Assembly: GCF_023055435.1 (NCBI RefSeq)
Contig: NW_025964334.1
Location: 28,334,001 to 28,398,000 of the forward strand
DNA length: 64,000 nt
Source: Haliotis rufescens
Lineage: Eukaryota
Reading direction: 5' to 3'
The number at the start of each line of letters is the position of its first letter. Positions within the stretch are counted from its first letter, which is position 1. The notes below the pieces were generated by a model. It did not search any database. It worked only from the letters and a program-made list of their open reading frames with translations, and was not told the origin of the DNA. Positions 49,718 to 63,796 of this stretch are shown in pieces. The position numbers and the translations under genes were made by a program.

Positions 49718-51184
49718 ACTACCAAAGGTTGCTGGGATCTATTCAAGCTCAGACGTCCCACGAGGGAGAATAAATGTAAAAGCGGGACACACCCTTAACT
49801 TGTCTTTTAAAATAAATATAAAGACAAAGAGTGCGTGATCGAGACCTACCATGTTTCTCACCACTTTACCACGTGTTTAATAGCTGAAACCCGGAAGTAC
49901 TTACAACCCATGTCGACATCTTGACATGTTTTGTCGTTTAGAATATGTCACAACTGTTTTATTCGTTTTCATGTAACGCCCAACACAGTGGTTGAGTGAG
50001 TCAGCACTCTTCCAGCTATGTCACAGTGACCAGTACATGTTGTAGTTGGGGTAGAAAACGGAGAGACGATCCACGCCATCCGACACGATTACATGAAGTC
50101 CGCCACATCACAGAGCTTGACAACCCGATCCAATTTAATCTGGTTCAGCCGTTGGTTTGCGCACCAAGCTTAGCGCTTTCACTCGTTTAGGTAGACAGGA
50201 TCCCAGTTAATCCTACGACCAGAAATGGAATCTGGGACATTTTCTAACCCAGATCCCAGCGGCTTTGCACCGGTGCTGATGTGTATACATTTCGCAACAA
50301 TCTATTAAAACTATTTCAAGCTGACAACCGTCGCGGTAACTGATTAGGATTGAAGTAGGTCAAGGTCAAGGTCAAGGTCACATGACGTTAATGATAAATT
50401 AAATCTCCAAGGTACATTTTGTGCCTCGGGACCATCCTGGCTACAAGAGACACTGATGACGGCATACGACCTTCACCTCCCTAAATTAAATTTTAACATC
50501 TACTCCATATCTAGCGTACTTGGATACAGATTTGGAGATGCGCACATCCTCCGCAGAAGCCACACTCTCATTAGGCATCGCAGAGTACCACTACATCAAT
50601 AAACCTAGCAGGATATGCCTAAATTACATCCGGAACAGTTGACACTTAACCCATCCTTAGCTAATTTACACTGACACTTGTTCTACTTCCGTCTCAGCAT
50701 AAGTGCTGTCACGGTGGCGACTCGGTCCTTGTGGGCTCGTGTTGCTAAGGAGGAGATCTCCCATGGCTCAAGATCACCGACACAATTTCACGAGGAAGAG
50801 GACGACGTGTGTTCCCCACACTCGCAGTGCGTGATCACTGCATGATGACCTTCACCCTTGTTTGATACATGAGCAGCGCAGTGCGTCCTTTACCTTCCGC
50901 AGCGCGTGATCAGTGCGTGGTGATACATTTCCGCGCCACTTGGCAAGCTGCCAGCTGCGCGTTCGATAACCAGCGGAGTCACAGCGGGCGTTAAGCGTGG
51001 GAAGATTGAGGTTTAGTGAGCGTTCAGTATGACTCACCCGACATCTGTTTAAGGCTCAACGGCTATTGTCAGATCAGGCTACTGAATTGATAGCTGAAAG
51101 ATAGCATCAATTGCAGAGTACTCAGCCTCCTTCAACAACGTCAAAGATGGCAATAATGAACTGCAAACCTGTGATGCTATGAGT

Positions 51185-51387
51185 TGTTTGTTTGTTTGTT
51201 TGTTTGTTTGACGCTCCAGTCAGCACTAATCCAGCTTTATAGCGGCGGTCTGTAAGTAACCGAGTCTGAACCAGTGATTGATATCATGAGCATCGATCCA
51301 GCGAGCCTGACCACCTGATCCCGATAATCGGCTCTTACGGCAAGCATGGGTTGCTGAAGACCAATTCTAACCCGATCGTCACGGGCC
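51185..51387 (-). mobile_element. SINE family A, internally deleted; an older degenerate copy lies at about 49970-50260
   Basis: Family match; TSD tatg(a/g)gttgt. Confidence 0.85.
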
Positions 51388-51697
51388 TTATGGGTTGTAT
51401 TTGTATTTTGACATACAATTAATTTGGTAGAGGTTGTTTTTTGTCAAGTGCAAGTGTCTGTGGACACAAACAACTGTGCACGTCAGGTTGGCGCGAAACA
51501 GATCAGGTTCCCTGAGTTTGAGTGTCTGTGGAACTAGGTATACTGTACTTCAAGTCGATCTTATAGATCTAATGAGTTGAGTCGTCAATGAAAACATTAT
51601 ATATGAGTATTTTTAAACTTAACGCTTAATTAGTTATTCTCGTTCTGACACAAATTTACATTATCAATCACGGTTGCAAGGGATCACACGAACTTTG

Positions 51698-52163
51698 ACG
51701 CCCCTGCTCACACCAACACTAACACGAACACTTGTGAGCACACACTTACGCCCCTGCTCACATCAACACTAACACGAACACTTGTTAGTACACACTTACG
51801 CCCCTGCTCACACCAACACTAACACGAACACTTGTTAGTACACACTTACGCCCCTGCTCACACGAACACTAACACGAACACTTGTGAGCACACACTTACG
51901 CCCCTGCTCACACCAACACTAACACGAACACTTGTTAGTACACACTTACGCCCCTGCTCACACCAACACTAACACGAACACTTGTGAGCACACACTTACG
52001 CCCCTGCTCACACCAACACTAACACGAACACTTGTGAGTGCACACTTACGCCCCTGCTCGCACGAACACTAACACGAACACTTGTGAGTACACACTTATC
52101 CCCCTGCTCACACCAACACTAACACGAACACTTGTGAGCACACACTTACGCCCCTGCTCACAT
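51698..52163. repeat. Minisatellite, 50 bp unit, running into a gap
   Basis: cccctgctca recurs at 51701, 51751, 51801... Confidence 0.97.
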
Positions 52164-52307
52164 NNNNNNNNNNNNNNNNNNNNNNNNNNNNNNNNNNNNN
52201 NNNNNNNNNNNNNNNNNNNNNNNNNNNNNNNNNNNNNNNNNNNNNNNNNNNNNNNNNNNNNNNNNNNNNNNNNNNNNNNNNNNNNNNNNNNNNNNNNNNN
52301 NNNNNNN
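52164..52307. other. Assembly gap (N)
   Basis: Direct. Confidence 1.
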
Positions 52308-52654
52308 TTCACCTAACCAACCATGCATAACTATATATAAGACTCAAACGAAGTTGAAGAGCACCCGATATTTTCATATGGCTATAGTTAATCTGTCATG
52401 GATGGTGAGTATTGCAACACACGTCTTTCCAATTGTGGGTGTTCTATAACTTGTTTTGAGTGGTAAAGGTCAACTTCTTGTCAAAGGCGTGTCCTACCGA
52501 GCTCGTGTTGAAGCACCTGCTCTCGTCAACACACTGCAACGCAGACAAACAATCTCAGACCGACGCAAATGAATACAAACAAGCTTGCACATGCACACAG
52601 GAACACGCCCTCACACCAACACGCCCTCACACCCCAACACGCCCTCACACCAAG

Positions 52655-53505
52655 ACAGTACATCCTCCCACAGACACACGTACTTCCTCACACCACACAG
52701 TACATCCTCCCACAGACACACGTACTTCCTCACACCACACAGTACATCCTCCCACAGACACACGTACTTCCTCACACCACACAGTACATCCTCCCACAGA
52801 CACACGTACTTCCTCACACCACACAGTACATCCTCCCACAGACACACGTACTTCCTCACACCACACAGTACATCCTCCCACAGACACACGTACTTCCTCA
52901 CACCACACAGTACATCCTCCCACAGACACGCGTACCTGCTCACGCCAACACAGTACATCCTCCCACAGACACGCGTACCTGCTCACGCCAACACAGTACA
53001 TCCTCTCACAGACACGCGTACCTGCTCACGCCAACACAGTACATCCTCCCACAGACACGCGTACCTGCTCACGCCAACACAGTACATCCTCACACAGACA
53101 AACGTACTTCCTCACACGGACAGACGTACTTCCTCACAACAACAAAGTACATCCTCACACAGACACACAGTACATCCTCACACAGACACACGTACTTCCT
53201 CACACAGACACACGTACTTCCTCACACCACACAGTACATCCTCACACAGACACACGTACTTCCTCATACAGACACACGTACTTCCTCACACAGACACACG
53301 TACTTCCTCACACAGACACACGTACTTCCTCACACAGACACATGATCCTCTCACCACTACAGTACATCCTCACACAGACACACCTACTTCCTCACACCAC
53401 ACACTACACGCTCACACAGACACACGCACCTGTTCACACCACACAGTACATCCTCACACAGACACGTGATCCTCTCACCACTACAGTACATCCTCACACA
53501 GACAC
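52655..53505. repeat. Minisatellite, 42/43 bp unit (cagtacatcctcccacagacacacgtacttcctcacaccaca), decaying into shorter variants
   Basis: Direct. Confidence 0.95.
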
Positions 53506-53509
53506 AGAC

Positions 53510-56500
53510 AGGCTGCTACAATCACACAGACACGTACACTCACACCAGACATGGGAGACTGCTACAATCACACAGACACGTACACTCACACCAGGCATGG
53601 GAGGCTGCAACAATCACACAGACACAAACACTCACACCAAGCATGGGAGACTACTACAATCACACAGACACGTACACTCACACCAAGCATGGGAGGCTGC
53701 TACAATCACACAGACACATACACTCACACCAGGCATGGGAGACTACTACAATCACACAGACACGTACACTCACACCAAGCATGGGAGGCTGCTACAATCA
53801 CAAAGACACAAACACTCACACCAAGCATGGGAGACTGCTACAATCACACAGACACATACACTCACACCAGGCATGGGAGACTACTATAATCACACAGACA
53901 CGTACACTCACACCAAGCATGGGAGGCTGCTACAATCACACAGACACATACACTCACACCAGGCATGGGAGACTACTACAATCACACAGACACGTACACT
54001 CACACCAAGCATGGGAGGCTGCTACAATCACACAGACGCATACACTCACACCAAGCATGGGAGGCTGCTACAATCACACATACACATACACTCACACCAG
54101 GCATGGGAGGCTGCTACAATAACACAGACACGTACACTCACACCAAGCATGGGAGGCTGCTACAATCACACAGACACTTACACTCACACCAAGCATGGGA
54201 GGCTGCTACAATCACACAGACACGTACACTCACACCAAGCATGGGAGACTGCTACAATCACACAGACACATACACTCACACCAGGCATGGGAGACTACTA
54301 CAATCACACAGACACGAACACTCACACCAAGCATGGGAGGCTGCTACAATCACACAGACATATACACTCACACCAGGCATGGGAGACTGCTACAATCACA
54401 CAGACACAAACACTCACACCAGGCATGGGAGACTACTACAATCACACAGACACGTACACTCACACCAAGCACGGGAGGTTGCTACAATCACACAGACACA
54501 TACACTCACACCAGGCATGGGAGACTACTACAATCACACAGTCACGTACACTCACACCAAGCATGGGAGGCTGCTACAATCACACAGACACGAACACTCA
54601 CACCAGGCATGGGAGGCTGCTACAATCACACAGACACATACACTCACACCAAGCATGGGAGACTACTACAATCACACAGTCACGTACACTCACACCAAGC
54701 ATGGGAGGCTGCTACAATCACACAGACACGAACACTCACACCAGGCATGGGAGGCTGCTACAATCACACAGACACGTACACTCACACCAAGCATGGGAGG
54801 CTGCTACAATCACACAGACACATACACTCACACCAGGCATGGGAGGCTGCTACAATCACACAGACACGTACACTCACACCAGGCATGGGAGGCTGCTACA
54901 ATCACACAGACACATACACTCACACCAAGCATGGGAGGCTGCTACAATCACACAGACACGTACACTCACACCAAGCATGGGAGGCTGCTACAATCACACA
55001 GACACATACACTCACGCCAGGCATGGGAGACTGCTACAATCACACAGACACAAACACTCACACCAGGCATGGGAGACTACTACAATCACAAAGACACGTA
55101 CACTCACACCAAGCATGGGAGGTTGCTACAATCACACAGACACATACACTCACACCAGGCATGGGAGACTACTACAATCACACAGACACGTACACTCACA
55201 CCAAGCATGGGAGGCTGCTACAATCACACAGACACATACACTCACACCAGGCATGGGCGCCATGGGAGGCTGCTACAATCACACAGACACGTACACTCAC
55301 ACCAAGCATGGGAGGCTGCTACAATCACACAGTCACGTACACTCACACCAAGCATGGGAGGCTGCTACAATCAAACAGACACGTACACTCACACCAGGCA
55401 TGGGCGCCATGGGAGGCTGCTACAATCACACAGACACGTACACTCACACCAAGCATGGGAGGCTGCTACAATCACACAGACACGTACACTCACACCAAGC
55501 ATGGGAGGCTGCTACAATCACACAGACACATACACTCACACCAGGCATGGGAGGCTGCTACAATCACACAGACACATACACTCACACCAGGCATGTGAGG
55601 CTGCTACAATCACACAGACACAAACACTCACACCAGGCATGGGAGGCTGCTACAATCACACAGTCACGTACACTCACACCAGGCATGGGCGCCATTGGAG
55701 GCTGCTACAATCACACAGACACATACACTCACACCAGGCATGGGAGGCTGCTACAATCACACAGACACATACACTCACACCATGCATGGGAGGCTGCTAC
55801 AATCACACAGACACATACACTCACACCAGGCATGGGAGACTGCTACAATCACACAGACACAGACACGTACACTCACACCAGGCATGGGGGAATGCTACAA
55901 TCACACAGACACATACACTCACACCAAGCATGGGAGGCTGCTACAATCACACAGACACATACACTCACACCAAGCATGGGAGGCTGCTACAATCACACAG
56001 ACACAAACACTTACACCAAGCATGGGAGGCTGCTACAATCATACAGACACGTACACTCACACCAGGCATGGGAGGCTGCTACAATCACACAGACACACTT
56101 ACACCAGGCATGGGAGACTGCTACAATCACACAGACACATACACTCACACAAAGCATGGGCGCCATGGGAGGCTGCTACAATCACACAGACACGTACACT
56201 CACACCAAGCATGGGAGGCTGCTACAATCACACAGACACGTACACTCACACCAAGCATGGGAGGCTGCTACAATCACACAGACACAAACACTCACACCAG
56301 GCATGGGAGGCTGCTACAATCACACAGACACATACACTCACACCAAGCATTGGAGGCTGCTACAATCACACAGACACGTACACTCACACCAGGCATGGGA
56401 GACTGCTACAATCACACAGACACGTACACTCACACCAGGCATGGGGGACTGCTACAATCACACAGACACATACACTCAAACCAAGCATGGGAGGCTGCTA

Positions 56501-58575
56501 CAATCACACAGACACATACACTCACACCAGGCATGGGAGGCTGCTACAATCACACAGACACGAACACTCACACCAAGCATGGGAAGCTGCTACAATCATA
56601 CAGACACGTACACTCACACCAGGCATGGGAGGCTGCTACAATCACACAGACACGTACACTCACACCAGGCATGGGAGACTGCTACAATCACACAGACACG
56701 TACACTCACACCAAGCATGGGAGGCTGCTACAATCACACAGACACGTACACTCACACCAAGCATGGGGGGCTGCAACAATCACACAGACACTTACACTCA
56801 CACCAGGCATGGGAGGCTGCTACAATGACACAGACACGTACACTCACACCAGGCATGGGAGGCTGCTACAATCACACAGTCACGTACACTCACACCAGGC
56901 ATGGGAGACTACTACAATCACACAGACACATACACTCACGCCAGGCATGGGAGGCTGCTATAATCACACAGACACATACACTCACACAAAGCATGGGCGC
57001 CATGGGAGGCTGCTACAATCACACAGACACATACACTCACACCAGGCATGGGAGGCTGCTACAATCACACAGACACATACACTCACACCAGGCATGGGAC
57101 GCTGCTACAATCACACAGACACGTACATTCACACCAACCGTGGGAGGCTGCTACAATCGCAAAGACACGTACACTCACACAAAGCATGGGAGGCTGCTAC
57201 AATCACACAGACACATACACCTACACCAGGCATGGGAGGCTGCTACAATCACAGAGACACGAACACTTACACCAAGCATGGGAGGCTGCTACAATCATAC
57301 AGACACGTACACTCACACCAGGCATGGGAGGCTGCTACAATCACACAGACACACTCACACCAGGCATGGGAGACTGCTACAATCACACAGACACGTACAC
57401 TCACACAAAGCATGGGCGCCATGGGAGGCTGCTACAATCACACAGACACGTACACTCACACAAAGCATGGGCGCCATGGGAGGCTGCTACAATCACACAG
57501 ACACGTACACTCACACCAAGCATGGGAGGCTGCTACAATCACACAGACACGTACACTCACACCAAGCATGGGAGGCTGCTACAATCACACAGACACATAC
57601 ACTCACACCAAGCATGGGAGGCTGCTACAATCACACAGACACATACACTCACACCAGGCATGGGAGGCTGCTACAATCACACAGACACGTACACTCACAC
57701 CAGGCATGGGAGACTGCTACAATCACACAGGCACGTACACTCACACCAAGCATGGGAGGCTGCTACAATCACACAGACACGTACACTCACACCAGGCATG
57801 GGAGGCTGCTACAATCACACAGACACATACACTCACACCAAGCATTGGAGGCTGCAACAATCACACAGACACGTACACTCACACCAAGCAAGGGAGGCTG
57901 CTACAATCACACAGACACAAACACTCACACCAGGCATGGGAGGCTGCTACAATCACACAGACACGTACACTCACACCAAGCATTGGAGGCTGCAACAATC
58001 ACACAAACACGTACACTCACACCAAGCAAGGGAGGCTGCTACAATCACACAGAGACATACACTCACACCAGGCATGGGAGGCTCCTACAATCACACAGAC
58101 ACATACACTCACACCAAGCATGGGAGACTCCTACAATCACACAGACACATACACTCACACCAGGCATGGGAGGCTGCTACAATCACACAGACACATACAC
58201 TCACACCAAGCATGGGAGGCTGCTACAATCACACAGACACGTACACTCACACCAAGCATGGGAGGCTGCTACAATCACACAGACACGTACACTCACACCA
58301 AGCATGGGAGACTGCTACAATCACACAGACACATACACTCACATCAAGCATGGGAGGCTGCTACAATCACACAGACACGTACACTCACACCAAGCATGGG
58401 AGGCTGCTACAATCACACAGACACATACACTCACACCAAGCATGGGAGGCTGCTATAATCACACAGACACATACACTCACACCAAGCATGTGAGGCTGCT
58501 ACAATCACACAGACACATACACTCACACCAAGCATGGGAGACTGCTACAATCACACAGACAAAAAAACTCACACC
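53510..58575. repeat. Minisatellite, 46 bp unit (gcatgggaggctgctacaatcacacagacacgtacactcacacca[a/g]), about 110 copies
   Basis: Direct; all three plus frames open because the unit lacks stop codons. Confidence 0.98.
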
Positions 58576-59009
58576 TGCACCTATACAAACAATGACACGT
58601 TCACTCTCAGACACAGGCACAAATAGTCACACAAACCCAAACCCAACCAATTCAGTACCAATGTTACTCTCATACCTGCACAGATAATCACACCAACAAT
58701 ATCACTGGTACTCTCACACAAACATAGGTACTTACACCGATATAACACCATGTGAATGTCAGTTCAGCTCCTGGCATTGTAATATAGCATTTACTTTTAG
58801 ACAATGAACGTCAAGAAAATATTTCACGGGGCGACTTCCTGTGTGACGATATTTTAAGTTTCTTCGTTCACTTCGTGCGCCATGAGAAGGTGAGAGTGAT
58901 TGGTGATGCCGTGATGCTGGAAGAGTGCGTGGTGTATCGTGGAGGTGGTATTTCGACAGAGGCTCCAGTCCAGTACTATTACTTAGACATTTCATATTAT
59001 TGCCCGAGG

Positions 59010-59252
59010 TTTTTATTATTAATTTTAATATCACTCAGCAATATTCAAGCTATATGAACTGTATACAATCATATCTGCACCAGACAATCCAGTGATGGAC
59101 ATCATGAGCATCGATCCACGCAATTGGAATACGATGACATGCATCAACCAAGTCAGCGAGCCTGACCACCCGATCCCGTTAGTCGCCTCTTGCGACAAGC
59201 ATAGTCTCCTTTTATTGCTTGGGACCTATTCTACCCCGGGTCTTCACGGGTC
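59010..59252 (-). mobile_element. SINE family A; (AGT)n microsatellite follows at 59261-59308
   Basis: Family match to the head nucleotide. Confidence 0.88.
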
Positions 59253-59259
59253 TGAATTC

Positions 59260-59308
<49 letters not shown>

Positions 59309-59919
59309 TTGTAAATAACTGTAATAAAAGTTGTGCTTCGGAGATCTACATGCAAACAGAGCCAAGAAGGGTTGCCTCCCTTGATTAACACTGTTCTAAT
59401 ACTATTTTCCATAAGATTTGGGTTATATGATTGTCTGTTTTACCAGCATGTGTCGGGGAACCACCCAAGGTGTACACAAAGCTATGTTTGCAAGAAACAG
59501 AACCTCAAACTCACGTGATAGATTCAAATGGTTGCCATAGTCTTGATAAAAGACAAGCAACAAAGGGAAATAACGATTGAAACGTTCATAAAATATCCTG
59601 GGCCCGTTCCACAAACCGATCGTAGCGTATCGACTATCATAAACCTGTTAAGGTATGAGGATTCTGATCACCTTTGCGTTAAGACCGCTTTGTGGGGCCC
59701 TAATTATTTGATTTTACATCTTTTCGCGCACATTTTCATGGAAGAGATAAGTTAACCATGTTTCAGGTTTTGTAGCCAGTGGGAGATGTGGAAGTATTTG
59801 GTAACCGCCACATCGCACATACAGCGTGGGCTCTTCTAACGGGTCATTGCGCAGCGCCAGTCCTGGTATTTAGAGCGAGTGAGTGAGTTTTGTTGAAAAT
59901 CTGCTTCTTTAATTTTTTT

Positions 59920-59951
<32 letters not shown>

Positions 59952-60063
59952 GATACGATACCCGTAGCCAGAACAATATTCAAATAAAACAATAAAAAAA
60001 AACTGTTGAATTGTGGAAATGTTTATAATGCACAAAAAACAATTATATGACGGTTCATATGTA

Positions 60064-60200
60064 NNNNNNNNNNNNNNNNNNNNNNNNNNNNNNNNNNNNN
60101 NNNNNNNNNNNNNNNNNNNNNNNNNNNNNNNNNNNNNNNNNNNNNNNNNNNNNNNNNNNNNNNNNNNNNNNNNNNNNNNNNNNNNNNNNNNNNNNNNNNN
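60064..60200. other. Assembly gap (N)
   Basis: Direct. Confidence 1.
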
Positions 60201-60420
60201 CTGCGGCATCAAACAGATCCCATTTTCCTCACGTCAGTAATGTTTGTTGCTTCCATTGTTTGGACGCGTCAGCTCCTGTGTTTATTTCACGAAGTAGGAA
60301 GAACAGAAAGCCAAAGAACGAAAGAACGGACATACAAACTTTGCTTTCTCTGTATCAATCATGTCTGCTGTGAAATACACGCTGCAAGTGAAGAATACGT
60401 TATGTTTTGTTCGACATCAG

Positions 60421-60634
60421 GTTTTGTTTGTTTATTTTTGTTGTTTAACGCAACACTCAGCAATATTCCAGCTTAATGACGGTGGTCTGTAAATTACCAA
60501 TTCTGGACTTGTCTAAGCCAGTGATTGACATCCTGAGCATCGATCTACGCTATTGGGATACGATGCATTAACCAAGTTAGCGATTCTGACCACCCGATCC
60601 CTTTAGTCGCCATTTACGACAAGCATAGTCGCCT
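60421..60634 (-). mobile_element. SINE family A, head truncated
   Basis: Family match. Confidence 0.87.
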
Positions 60635-61109
60635 GTTCATGTTTACGCCGTTCCGAGATTTTAAAGCAATTACCAAATGAAATAGAGTTCATCGCTTGAC
60701 AATGTCGGCCGTCAAACACAGACGTACGATCGGCGTTTTGATTGGCGCGTATAAGAAATTGATTGACAGGTGAACGGCAATGTGGATCTTATAAATTGGT
60801 TCAAGAGTCGCTTTGGAGACAGAAATCAACATCTTCATAGAATTAACTATCGGATAACAATGATATAGCAGGCATTAGCTGAAACTGCATTGTTGGGTCA
60901 AAGGTATTTGTCAATGCGGCCAGAGAACCCAGTTGAACACGGGGTGAGTGAGTTGAAATTGACGCCGTTTTGAAAATATTTTAGTTATATCACGCTGTGG
61001 AAATTAACTGGAGGAAATCAAATTGGAATCCACCAGGACGTGCATAGTGCTGATAAACCAATGGTCATAATTAGGACGAATCTGAGAACGGAATATTGCA
61101 TTACATGTT

Positions 61110-61191
61110 ACCAGACAATCCAGTGATTGATATTATGAGCATCGATCCACGCAACTGAGATACGATGACCTGCATCAACCAAGTCAGCGAG
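61110..61191 (-). mobile_element. SINE family A fragment cut abruptly at 61191
   Basis: Homology ends at ...aagtcagcgag, directly before agtagtag. Confidence 0.85.
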
Positions 61192-62186
61192 AGTAGTAGA
61201 TATTTTGATGAATACTTTGCCGACGGTTTGGCGGTTGCATTTGCCGTCGGTTGTAACCGGATTGCACCGGTTCTGACTAGTGCGAGTGTGGCTATTTTTA
61301 GTGCCAGGGTGTGGTGTGAGGGGGCGGGAACCGGTTTTTTAAGTGCGAGGGTGGGAAAACAGCTATTTTTTGGGAGGGAGTCACTGTATATAAATAAATT
61401 TTAAGGAGTGTCAAACCGGTCTCGACTTCGTATATTAATAGTTTTGAGGAGTGTCGATGAATATTAATAGATTGAAGGAGTGCCGATACCGGTTAGACTC
61501 GTATATTAATAGTTTTGAGGAGTGTCATTGAATATTAATAGATTTAAGGAGTGTCGAACAGGTTAGACTTGAAAAAAGCAGCGGTCTCGCCTTCGTATAT
61601 TAATAGTATTGAAATCGAATTGAATAGGTCCCCCGCACCCTGCAGCTGGTAGCAACTCCTAGGTGCCATCTCGGATGAGGACAGTGCAAACTTTACCTCG
61701 TGGAGAAGAGTTCCACAGTGTGCTTATGTTAGAATCACATCCTAACATCACACTTGAATTGAGAGACACCTGCCCGTTGTCCGCGGGGTTTCACTACGTT
61801 CAACACCTGCCAACATCGGTGTTGTAGACTTTCCTCCCAGTTTTTTGCACATCATCGTCAAATGACCCAAGCTGCTGAAAGCGACGTAAAAAAAACCACC
61901 CCCAACTCTTTCACCCACCATCTCCTGTACTTTTGTGTTAAATGTTTATCTTTTCTAAAATACCTTTTTTCTCTATTCACTATATAAATGTTTTTTAGCC
62001 TCTTGAGAATATAATTGCGGTTTTTTTTCTTGTGTACTATGTGTTAAAATGTTTATCCTAAATACATTTGTACTACCAGGTCAAAAAACTTATAGTTACA
62101 AAAAATAAAAACTTCATTAGTTGAATGAATCAATAATTATAAAAAAAACATCACTTAGTTAAACATTTTACAAGTCAAGAAATGTT

Positions 62187-62419
62187 GTATTTCCTCTAAT
62201 GAGAGCCGATTCTCTTATAAGCGCCGGGTCTCTAATAAGCAACTTGAACAGTGTTTGTGTCCGTTTTAATATTTGAAATCCGGTGGTTAAATGTCATTTA
62301 TTACACATTACAATAATGTAAAGAAATAAGCGTCGGGTCTCAAATAAACACCGGGTCTCTAATCTTTAATGAGCGTCCTGGGGGTGTTCAGGGAAGCGCT
62401 TATTAGAGGAAATACGGTA
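62187..62419. mobile_element. Tc1/mariner-type MITE
   Basis: gtatttcctctaat.../...attagaggaaatacggta inverted ends; internal taagcgccgggtctc repeats. Confidence 0.72.
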
Positions 62420-62879
62420 TACCAGTCTAAACCAAAGTCATTTCATTTCATCCCAACCTCCCTCGTTATACCAAACGGAAGAGAGTTTTTCGTTTTCCCC
62501 CGTGTTAAGCACACGACCCGTGGTATAATGAGTGTGTTTCATTGAAAGCCTCCCTATGTCTGTCAACACTAACTGATGCGTTACAATGAACAATGTTGGA
62601 TGTGATATGAAATCTTAACTAAGCAAACATATATGTGTTGACCTATTCAGGAAAATCTTACGAACTGTGCAGGAAGAATATGTTAAAATTTCAACTTCGG
62701 AACAAAATTTAAAAGTAATGCCAAGGACGTGTTGAACATTTTATTCGGGACAAAATCAGCAAAAGTAAGTGGTGAGTTTATTAAATTTACTTACACAAAC
62801 AAATACAACTACGTAGTTTTAATGTGTTATGTATAAATAAATATTTAAGTAAATTATTATTTTACTCACATATGAACCC

Positions 62880-62894
62880 TAGAGAGAGAGAGAC

Positions 62895-62955
<61 letters not shown>
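62880..62955. repeat. (AG)n microsatellite
   Basis: Direct. Confidence 0.95.
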
Positions 62956-62958
<3 letters not shown>

Positions 62959-63160
62959 GCGTTTACCCAAGGATCTATGTAAATATGTGTTATAAAACCC
63001 AACAGTTGCGTTGAGTGACTGACATTTTCACTCTCACCTGCTGACAGTTAAGACGTCCGATTTCAACAAGAAGAGAGTTTCAGAGGATATATTTGGACCT
63101 ACAGTCATTTTCACAAAGTGTAGCAAGACCAAGTCGAGAAAAACCTGTCGGAGAAAATCA

Positions 63161-63349
63161 ATGGCATCAAAGGGGTCGCCGAAGAGACTGGTTGCATCTA
63201 AGAAGAAAAAGATGACAACCAAGAAGGGGAAAATGACTATACTGAAAAAACAACCTGTGTCCAAAGTAAAGGCTGTTGTGAAACGAATCCAACCTGCCTT
63301 GAAGCGTCGCATGGCTGAGAGAAATAAAAGAATGGTTCAGACCCTCTAA
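63161..63349 (+). CDS. Small Lys/Arg-rich protein (62 aa), hypothetical DNA-condensing protein
   Basis: ATG in good context (aatcaATGG); MASKGSPKRLVASKKKK..., with a single acidic residue; tataaaa upstream at about 62991. Confidence 0.5.
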   Translation: MASKGSPKRLVASKKKKMTTKKGKMTILKKQPVSKVKAVVKRIQPALKRRMAERNKRMVQTL

Positions 63350-63372
63350 TCGCGCACTTGTATTTGATCACT

Positions 63373-63666
63373 ATGGAGGTTATCACCTGTCCAGACTGTG
63401 GCAAGAGTTTTACGCGAAAAGAAAATCTACAGAGACATCAGAAGCGGATGCACAGTTCAACTCAAGACTCGCCTCCTCTTCTTCCTCCTCTGGATAAACA
63501 CCTTTCTCCTCCTCCTCTGGATAAACACATTACTCCTCCTCCTCCTCCTCCTCCTCCTCCTCCAGATAAACACCCTCCACCACAACCACCACCTCCTCTT
63601 CCTTCTCCTCAGGAAACCTGTGTCGAAAATAAAAGCTGCCGTGAAACCAACCCAAGCTGTCTTTAA
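63373..63666 (+). CDS. C2H2 zinc finger plus proline-rich ORF, probably truncated
   Basis: CPDCGKSFTRKENLQRHQKRMH is a canonical C2H2 finger; C-terminus runs into the duplicated segment. Confidence 0.65.
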   Translation: MEVITCPDCGKSFTRKENLQRHQKRMHSSTQDSPPLLPPLDKHLSPPPLDKHITPPPPPPPPPPDKHPPPQPPPPLPSPQETCVENKSCRETNPSCL

Positions 63667-63796
63667 GCGTCGCATGGCTGAAGGGTATAAAAGAATGGTT
63701 CAGACCCTCTAATCGCGCACTTGTATTTGATCGCATGGCTGAAGGGTATAAAAGAATGGTTCAGACCCTCTAATCGCGCACTTGTATTTGATCACT

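Noticed and set aside
52460-58687. 2075-aa and 1497-aa His/Thr-rich ORFs
   Set aside because: Read-through of a 46-bp repeat (not a multiple of 3); the same peptide cycles through all frames and indels are tolerated
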